A DNA stretch of 63,953 nt, filler included, from Piptocephalis cylindrospora (taxonomy: Eukaryota): assembly GCA_003614145.1 (NCBI GenBank). It is 21 parts of 21 records of this genome, joined end to end, with 100 filler letters (N's around TTAATTAATTAA, not from the genome) between each part and the next. Parts side by side here need not be neighbours in the genome. Positions count along the whole stretch, not along the records: positions 55,359 to 58,317 come from KZ988795.1; positions 58,418 to 61,372 come from KZ988796.1; positions 61,473 to 63,953 come from KZ988912.1; 18 more parts are not named here. One strand, given 5' to 3'. Below, one piece after another: positions 56,803 through 63,953 of the stretch. The first letter of the stretch is position 1. Every line of letters begins with the position of its first letter. The notes under the pieces were generated by a model that searched no databases, was not told where the DNA came from, and was given only the letters and a program-made list of their open reading frames with translations. A program made the position numbers and the translations under genes.

Positions 56803-58889
56803 GATGAATGAACGGGTGGGGAGGGGGCTTTTGCTTGGGGGAGGGGGAAGACACCGACAAAGGAAAGCTAGGAGAAAAGAGGGAGAAAAGAAGAGACTGG
56901 GCGGGGTGGTGCTGGGAGGGGCGAGCCTAGATCTCTGGGTATAGGAGAGTGCTGTGCTGTGTGTCTATGGGGTTGAGAAGAACAGCAGGCTATTCTCTGC
57001 TGTGTGAGAGGAAGGGGGCTTGGAGAGTGGGGCGCACCTGAGCAAAATTGGCCTTCTCGCCACCACTGAGCAATACACTCTTCTTAGACAGTCAAACTGA
57101 AAAGTATGGACAACAGTGTGTATCTTTTTTTTCTCTCTCTCATCCTTCCTTAGCTATGTATGTGATTGGCCGGTTCGTGTGGCCAGCTGGATCTTTTTAC
57201 TGCTGTACAAAGGACAGGAAGCCAGCTGTGCTGTGTGTCGTGCTGCCTTGGGTGTGTGTGCACGAGATGGCGGGGTATGGAGTGCAGTGTGAAAGGTTGT
57301 GTTGTGATAAAAATGGCCAATTTCCACTTTCGTTAGTAAGGAGCTAAATACAAGGACAATGCTCCTCCCCTATATTTGAATGCCTTTCCATCTACATAAT
57401 GGACTGCATGATCCCAGCATAATAATCATCATCATAACGTGTGTGAGCGCGTCGTTAAAGCAGTAACGCGTCAAGACATGACCAGAGATGATTGTAACAG
57501 CACATGAACCCCTAAAGGCGTGTTTTCCTTTCTTCTCCCATTCCTATATTCCATCCCTTGTGTTCTTCTTTCATCTATCCCTGGGGCATATTCTCCTCCT
57601 GAGCCTTTGGCTTATGTTTCTCCTACTCTATATCCCACTTTCTCAGCGATGAGAGAAGCTGACAACCTAAGAGCAACAAGTCTACGTCTCCCCACCATGC
57701 GGAGAAGGGCTGCAATATGATCACGTATATACCACCTAGGAACAAGACAGTCATTCACTTTGCTCGTCAGGCGTGCGGAAAGATCTAACACCCAGCCGCT
57801 GTATCTCCTCTTTGGAAAGTATATTATCAACCTTAGCGCCATTAGCATTAAATTTGCTTGATCCTATATTCTCCTAGAATAGAGGACGGTGGCCAAACTG
57901 GACATCATGGGAGTGGTCTCACTATGGTATTTATCTTCTTTTCCTACTCTCCTATCTCCGGAAGCATTACCACTTTCCCTTTTTCTTCATCCTTTCAAGG
58001 CTCAGTTCCTACTAAATGTCATTCCATAAATCAGATGTGCATTACTTGGCGTCCAACGACCTGATACAATTTCCGTACCCTTTCGCTCTCATAAATGCCT
58101 CTACCAGATGCAGATAGATAACTCGTCTTAGCCCTTCTTTTGATCCAGGTCTCTCATTTTTTGGCTGGTTCCCTCCTAGCCAGCCCGATATTCTGATACT
58201 TACACTCCCTGTCTAGGCCGTTCATCTCTCTTCAGGAAAGGCCTTTTTGTGCTGAACATCCCTGTCGGCGCCATTCTCTGTTACTTCTGGGCCAGCCCTA
58301 ATAGAAGTCATCCCAGCNNNNNNNNNNNNNNNNNNNNNNNNNNNNNNNNNNNNNNNNNNNNTTAATTAATTAANNNNNNNNNNNNNNNNNNNNNNNNNNN
58401 NNNNNNNNNNNNNNNNNCTGGTCTGTCTCCCCTGTCCATGCTTGATTCAAGCCTCCAGCTTTCCTTGACTAGTACTTGCCAAGCACATCCCTCTCACTGT
58501 TCACACCAGTGTAGAATCATTACAAGGGCCTTTTCGTCTCATCGGCCCAACTCTATTCCTGTGTATGTGCGTATGTATGTGTGTGTGTGTGTGTATCTGC
58601 GTACATGCCAGCTGGTCCATCCTTTATACAAGCTCCCCTCTCTTGCCTCGTTGGTCTACCAGAGGTCGCAGTTCCATCACTTTTCCCTCTTTCCTCTCAT
58701 TCATCTTCAGGATCCTAATCATCCTCCCTCTCCCCACTTTCTTCCCTTCCACTTGTCTTTAAGCATCCTGGCGGTGCTATCCTCCATCCCCTCACTCCCT
58801 CCTCCTGGGCGTCCCCTCTCCCCCCCCCCCCCCCCTTCTTTTTCCTTTTCCCCCCCCCCCCCCCCCCCAACTGACCACCTAGTAGCCCA

Positions 58890-60629
58890 ATGCCCACAGG
58901 CTTAACCCGGAAACGGACCATCGCTTCACTGAGGAAGGGGGCCTTCCAGGGTCCAATGTCCCCCCTCACACCCACTTCCTCACGCTTACCCCAAGCCATG
59001 CATCTCCCCTTCCTCCAAGCCTATTTCAACGCCTGGCTAGTGAACGATGCCAAGCGCCATATCTTTGTGGCCCTCTGGGTCATCCTCCAGGTGACCGTCT
59101 TTGTCGTGGGTCATACCAATTATGAGCAATCTGACAACTTCACCAATATGCGTGAGGCAATGGGCTCGGGATTTGCTTACTTCAAGGCTACCACCCTGAA
59201 TCTCCATCTCACCACCGCCGTCATCCTTTTGCCTCTGTGTCGTACCATCATCTCCTACCTACGACGCACGCCCCTCAATCGGATCATACCCTTTGATGAC
59301 GCCATCCTCTTCCATCAGCTCATCGGATATACCATTTGCTTCTTCGCCGTCCTGCACATGTTCATCTACGCTGTGGTCAAGGCATCCCCGGATTCTTCGG
59401 GAAAGCGCATGTCTACCTCCGAATTCATTAATTTATGGTTCGGAATTGGGCCTCAGCTGGTGGGGAACCTCATGATGACGTGCCTCATCCTTATCTTCCT
59501 CACCTCCCTTCCCTTTGTCATCCGTCGATACCATGAGCTCTTTTGGTACACTCACCACATCTCCTTTATCTTCTTTGGGCTCTTCTCCTTCCATGGGTCC
59601 TGGTGCGAGATGCAACCGGACCGGGAACCCAAATGTGAGCATGCTGGTGTCTTTTGGAAGTATTGGATTTTCTCGGGTATCCTGTACACCATCGAACGAA
59701 TCCTCCGGGAAGTCCGGGCCCGTCGGGGTACTTTTATCACTAAGGTTCTCCTGCACCCATCGGACGTCGTGGAAATCCAGTTTCGTAGGGCCGATATCTC
59801 GTACAAGCCCGGCCAATATATCATTCTCTCCTGTCCTGAGGTCTCTCTCCTCGAGTGGCATCCCTTTACCCTGACCAGCGCCCCCCAGGAAGATTTCCTC
59901 TCCATCCACATGCGTCAGGCCGGGGACTTTACCCAGGCCTTTGCCCGTCGGCTGGGGTGTGGCCCGAACTTGGAAACCAAAAAGATGGAGAGTGTAACGG
60001 AGAAGACCGAGCAACCCCTCCTTCCCGTCATACACATCGATGGACCCTTTGGAAGCGCCAGTCAGGATGTCTTCAAGTACGAGGTCATCACTCTCTTTGC
60101 CGCTGGCATCGGCGTCACCCCCTTTGCCTCCATCCTCAAGTCGATCTGGTACCGCATCCACTACCCTGATGGCTCCGGCAGCATGGGCCGCTCCATGCGT
60201 CTCAAAAAAGTGCACTTCTACTGGATATGTCGGGACTATCAGACCGTCGAGTGGTTCCAGGACCTTCTCCGGGCCCTGGAGGAGGAGGACAAGGATGGCC
60301 TTCTAGAAATACAGGTCTACCTGACCGGCGAACTTAGTACTGAACAGATCCACAATGTCGCCCTCAACGACGCCAGCAACAAGGGACTCGAGACCAACGG
60401 TGACGGACCACGTGATGCCATGACTGGCCTTCAGGCCCCCACTTACTACGGTCGACCCAACATGGATGTCATCTTTGAACGACTCTCCGATCAGTATCAT
60501 TCCACCGATGTGGGCGTCTTTGTGTGTGGGCCCAAATCCTTGGAAAAGTCCATCCACGTTGCCGCCAACACCCATTCCCAGGCTGGGGAGGATGGCACCA
60601 GATTTATCTTTAACAAAGAGAACTTTTAG
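58890..60629 (+). CDS. noxB: NADPH oxidase (gp91phox family), NoxB/Nox2-like, intronless
   Basis: Heme-ligand histidines (FHQ..LHM; WYTHH..FHG), FAD motif WHPFTLTSAP, IDGPFG, GIGVTPFAS, VFVCGP and terminal FNKENF; N-terminal extension plus WLVND..RHIFV is NoxB-like. Confidence 0.9.
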   Translation: MPTGLTRKRTIASLRKGAFQGPMSPLTPTSSRLPQAMHLPFLQAYFNAWLVNDAKRHIFVALWVILQVTVFVVGHTNYEQSDNFTNMREAMGSGFAYFKATTLNLHLTTAVILLPLCRTIISYLRRTPLNRIIPFDDAILFHQLIGYTICFFAVLHMFIYAVVKASPDSSGKRMSTSEFINLWFGIGPQLVGNLMMTCLILIFLTSLPFVIRRYHELFWYTHHISFIFFGLFSFHGSWCEMQPDREPKCEHAGVFWKYWIFSGILYTIERILREVRARRGTFITKVLLHPSDVVEIQFRRADISYKPGQYIILSCPEVSLLEWHPFTLTSAPQEDFLSIHMRQAGDFTQAFARRLGCGPNLETKKMESVTEKTEQPLLPVIHIDGPFGSASQDVFKYEVITLFAAGIGVTPFASILKSIWYRIHYPDGSGSMGRSMRLKKVHFYWICRDYQTVEWFQDLLRALEEEDKDGLLEIQVYLTGELSTEQIHNVALNDASNKGLETNGDGPRDAMTGLQAPTYYGRPNMDVIFERLSDQYHSTDVGVFVCGPKSLEKSIHVAANTHSQAGEDGTRFIFNKENF

Positions 60630-61065
60630 TACAGACTATCATCAAAGGGGGGGAGGACGATGAGAATTTGACGTAGAGGAGAAATATACTATTTATTTGT
60701 GCAACGATCCTTGGTCCTAGAGGGGGGAGGGCAAAACGAGGGATGAAAGTGTGTTTAGAACAGAGTGAGACAAGGAAGATGAGAAAAGGGATAGATTGGA
60801 TCATCTTATGATAGTCAAGGCGTAGAAAGGGACTGGGCGTAGATAGAACGGTGGCAGCAGACCAATGATCGGAGCTTTCGCGCTTCGGCCTAGAGTGGCT
60901 CAAGGGCACGAGAGGGATTGGTTCATCCATGAACAAGGACTGTGATCCTCTACTCCGTTCACCCTTTATTTGTCCTACCACGAGTCCGGTCTCCCCCGTC
61001 CAAGCCTACTGGTGCAACCTGAGTAAATAGTGTAACAGGTTATGAAGGAAGGAGGTGAGGAAAGA

Positions 61066-61134
61066 GGGAAAGGGAGAGGGAAAGGGAAAGGGAAAGGGAA
61101 AGGGAAAGGGAAAGGGAAAGGGAAAGGGAAAGGG
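61066..61134. repeat. (GGGAAA)n hexanucleotide microsatellite
   Basis: About 9 perfect units plus degenerate flanks. Confidence 0.92.
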
Positions 61135-61472
61135 AGAGAGAGGAAAATATGCCAATGGATGATCATCAGCACACGCATATACTCACCATCCCGCAAATTC
61201 CTCCCCCCTCTCTGCAAAGAACTGAAAACGGGTATGCTCCAGGAGAATTTCTTCAGATCCGTGGGAATAGGATGTATCTAATATTATAGGATGACTCCTG
61301 TACGTATCGACTATAAATGCTCGCTTCATCGTCTCCATTCTCGCCTTCCCTATCCCATCCTCCCTTCATCATNNNNNNNNNNNNNNNNNNNNNNNNNNNN
61401 NNNNNNNNNNNNNNNNTTAATTAATTAANNNNNNNNNNNNNNNNNNNNNNNNNNNNNNNNNNNNNNNNNNNN

Positions 61473-62516
61473 TATCAGTCCCAAGACATCAACCCAGGGT
61501 AGTCCGGATCGAGTATCGGTCCCCATCCCAGGACCAAGTCAAGGAAAAGTAAGACCCCCCCCCCCTTCTCCTTTCCCCTTCCTTCTCTCTCATCACCTCT
61601 CATCGCCTTTCTTCCCATAGCCTCTTCTTTGTCGGAAAGGGAATTACCTACGATACCGGCGGTGCGGATGTCAAGGCGGGAGGTGTGATGCGTGGTATGT
61701 CCAGGGACAAGTGTGGGGCTGCCGCCGTGGCCGGCCTCCTCCTCACAGCGGCCCATCTAAAGCCTACTCATGTCAACATTACCGCTGAACTCGCCTTTGT
61801 CCGTAACTCTATCGGCGCTGATAGTTACGTGAGTGATGAGGTTATTATCAGTCGTGCTGGAGTTCCCATTGCCGTAGGAAACACGGATGCCGAGGGTCGC
61901 ATGGTCATGTCGGATCCCCTGGCCAAGTTGAAGGATGAGCTGCTTGAGGTACGCAAGACCACTTCCCTTCCTTCCCGGATCTTCACCGTCGCCACCTTGA
62001 CCGGTAAGTCAGTGACAGGGACTGAGGGAGGAGAAGCAAGGGAAATGCACATGTACTCATAACTTCCCTTTCCCCCTTTTCACAGGTCACGTCATCCGTG
62101 CTTGGGGATCCTATGCGGCTGTGGTGCCCAATGGTCCCGCCCAGACCTCTGGGATGGCCCAGAGGATCCAAGCATCCGGGGACCTGTGGGGTGATATGTT
62201 TGAGGTGTCCCCGCTGCGTCGGGAGGACTTTACCTTTGGGAATGGTGGGGCCAGGGCTCCTGAGATCGCCGTGTCCAGCAACTCCCTCCCCTCCACCATG
62301 ACTAACCGTGGCCATCAAAGCCCTGCTGCCTTCATGGCCATCACCAGTGGGATCGGTAAGGGTCGTCGGGATGACACCGCCTCCTCCATTGAATACTGTC
62401 ACCTCGACATTGCCGGTGCTGCCGAGACCTCCGGGGAAGGCCTTAGCCTTGGACCCGTGACCGGTAGTCCCATTGTCGCCCTGACCGCCACTTTCCTGCT
62501 TCCCAAGTCCTCTTGA
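61473..62516 (+). CDS. M17 (leucyl) aminopeptidase, C-terminal catalytic region, 5' truncated, multi-exon
   Basis: VGKGITYDTGG.DVK, MSRDKCGAAAV, GNTDAEGR, VATLTGH and HLDIAG. Confidence 0.92.
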
Positions 62517-62804
62517 AGAGGGATCTACCTTGCTCACGTAAAAAGAGGAAAGGAGATGGAGGGGAGGGTATGATGGCACAAAGAGAGGGAATATGAGCAT
62601 GATGGCACAACGAGATGCTCTCCACCATGCGGCCTATCCCCTGTGGTGTGATGAGCTCAAGCAATGAAGAAAGTGGCAATACACACGTATCGGCATGACA
62701 ACAGGAAAACATGTTTATCCTCTCCTCTCTCCACTCCCACCATGAACCATCCTATCACCTAGACATTCCACTTGACCACACCCCCCTTCTGAACAGAGAG
62801 AGGT

Positions 62805-63854
62805 TTAAAAGATTGGAATGTAGCTGTTGATCCGATCCTTCTGGTTCTGACTGATGCACTCGGCGATCCAGACAATGTTCCGGATCTCCTGTTCCTTGAG
62901 ACGGATAAAGGAGTAAAAGATACCGTAATGGAATTGCTGCTCAAAGGACAGACGATTGAGGTGGACTTCCCGTTCAAAGAAGCGATCCTCAAGGGCTCTT
63001 TGCTGGCCGGCGGAGGCAGACGAGTCAAAGAAGGCCCTGTACTCCACAAAGGATTCCGAGGCCGCCTTGACCCCGTCCATGTCGTCGGCACGGGCCAGAC
63101 GGACATGACCCTCGGGGTACAGCTTGCCCAAGCAGGGGAAGAGACGGGAACGCTCATCCTTGGTGAGTTCAGTGCCAAAGGAATTGACGGTGATGTTGAT
63201 GGCACGACGGTCGGCCTCAAACTCGAGGATCTCCGTCATAATCTCGCCAGTCACTCCACCCACCTCTTCACGGCAATACCGGGCAAAGTCCTCAAGATAG
63301 GCCTTGTAGAGAGTATTGCGGATGATCTCAATGTTCATCTCATCCAGATCGTGGGCGGAGAGACAGTCACTAAAGTACGGGGCCAGAGGGGTCTCGACGA
63401 GGACAGTGTTGTAGAGCTCGGACACATTGGTGGCTACGCACAGGGCGGGTAGGGTGTCAAAGAGACCCAGAGGGTGGCACCGCTCGAGGAGCTCATGGGT
63501 GTCCCGTTCATGCAGGGTGCCGGTGATGAGGAGGATGACATTGTCGATCATGTAAGCGTACGTGATATAATCCAAGAACTTGGTGAGGGGGGGCACAGCC
63601 GTGCTCTGGAGGTACCGGAACTCCTCGACCAGCTTCTCCGTGCACTTTTCCGCGATGACCGAGGTGGTCAGGGGGGATGGCTCATTCTGGAGGAACTGAC
63701 CATAGTCCGTGGCGGAGAGCTGGAGTTTGAGGTCGTCCAGGGACTCACACTGCGTGAGGTTGAGGTACTGTTGATTCGTCAGGACGCCCGAGCGGTATCC
63801 ACGGACAATGCCCTCGATGTAGCCGTTATCAACGTTGAAGAATAATCCTTCCAT
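62805..63854 (-). CDS. VMA6: V-type ATPase V0 subunit d
   Basis: [49 protein letters not shown] and [15 protein letters not shown]. Confidence 0.97.
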   Translation of the reverse strand: MEGLFFNVDNGYIEGIVRGYRSGVLTNQQYLNLTQCESLDDLKLQLSATDYGQFLQNEPSPLTTSVIAEKCTEKLVEEFRYLQSTAVPPLTKFLDYITYAYMIDNVILLITGTLHERDTHELLERCHPLGLFDTLPALCVATNVSELYNTVLVETPLAPYFSDCLSAHDLDEMNIEIIRNTLYKAYLEDFARYCREEVGGVTGEIMTEILEFEADRRAINITVNSFGTELTKDERSRLFPCLGKLYPEGHVRLARADDMDGVKAASESFVEYRAFFDSSASAGQQRALEDRFFEREVHLNRLSFEQQFHYGIFYSFIRLKEQEIRNIVWIAECISQNQKDRINSYIPIF

Positions 63855-63953
63855 TGGGTGAGGAGGGGTAGAGGTGGGTGGTTGAAGGGAGGTGTGGACG
63901 TTACAGGTACGGATTGTGACCTTGAAAGAGAGGGAGGGGACTAGGCCAAAGGG

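Noticed and set aside
33955..63854. Apparent co-location of VMA2 and VMA6, or of RPP2 and eL28, as a functional cluster
   Set aside because: They sit on different contigs ordered only by size.

Overview
This is eukaryotic (fungal) DNA, and it is not one continuous locus. It consists of 21 unrelated ~3-kb contigs, in almost strictly decreasing length order, joined by 20 artificial 100-bp spacers (N44-TTAATTAATTAA-N44). Gene content, short GT-AG introns and style suggest an early-diverging fungus. A Zoopagomycota mycoparasite such as Piptocephalis, from an amplified or single-cell library, is my inference and is not verified. Most genes are housekeeping: polo kinase, IES2, NTE1, SDH4, YDJ1, GPATCH1, YHM2, APP1, CENP-W, EDE1, a SIZ/PIAS-like gene, VMA2, CDC20, a P4-ATPase, URK1, RPP2, CLPP, eIF2B-beta, eL28, an M17 aminopeptidase and VMA6. 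The more interesting items are (1) a secreted PL38/alginate-lyase-family polyuronide lyase that the ORF track missed, (2) an intron-bearing CobD-like PLP enzyme, (3) a NoxB-type NADPH oxidase, (4) two orphan effector-like genes, one built from micro-exons and one from a duplicated ~190-aa domain, (5) a ribosomal-protein 5'UTR intron that could fold back onto its own splice donor, and (6) several genes whose halves are inverted or permuted within a contig (CDC20, URK1, polo kinase). The last pattern is most simply explained by phi29/MDA chimeras but can be tested as real rearrangement. I found no rRNA, tRNA, CRISPR array or recognisable transposon. All family assignments come from motif recognition by eye, not from database searches.
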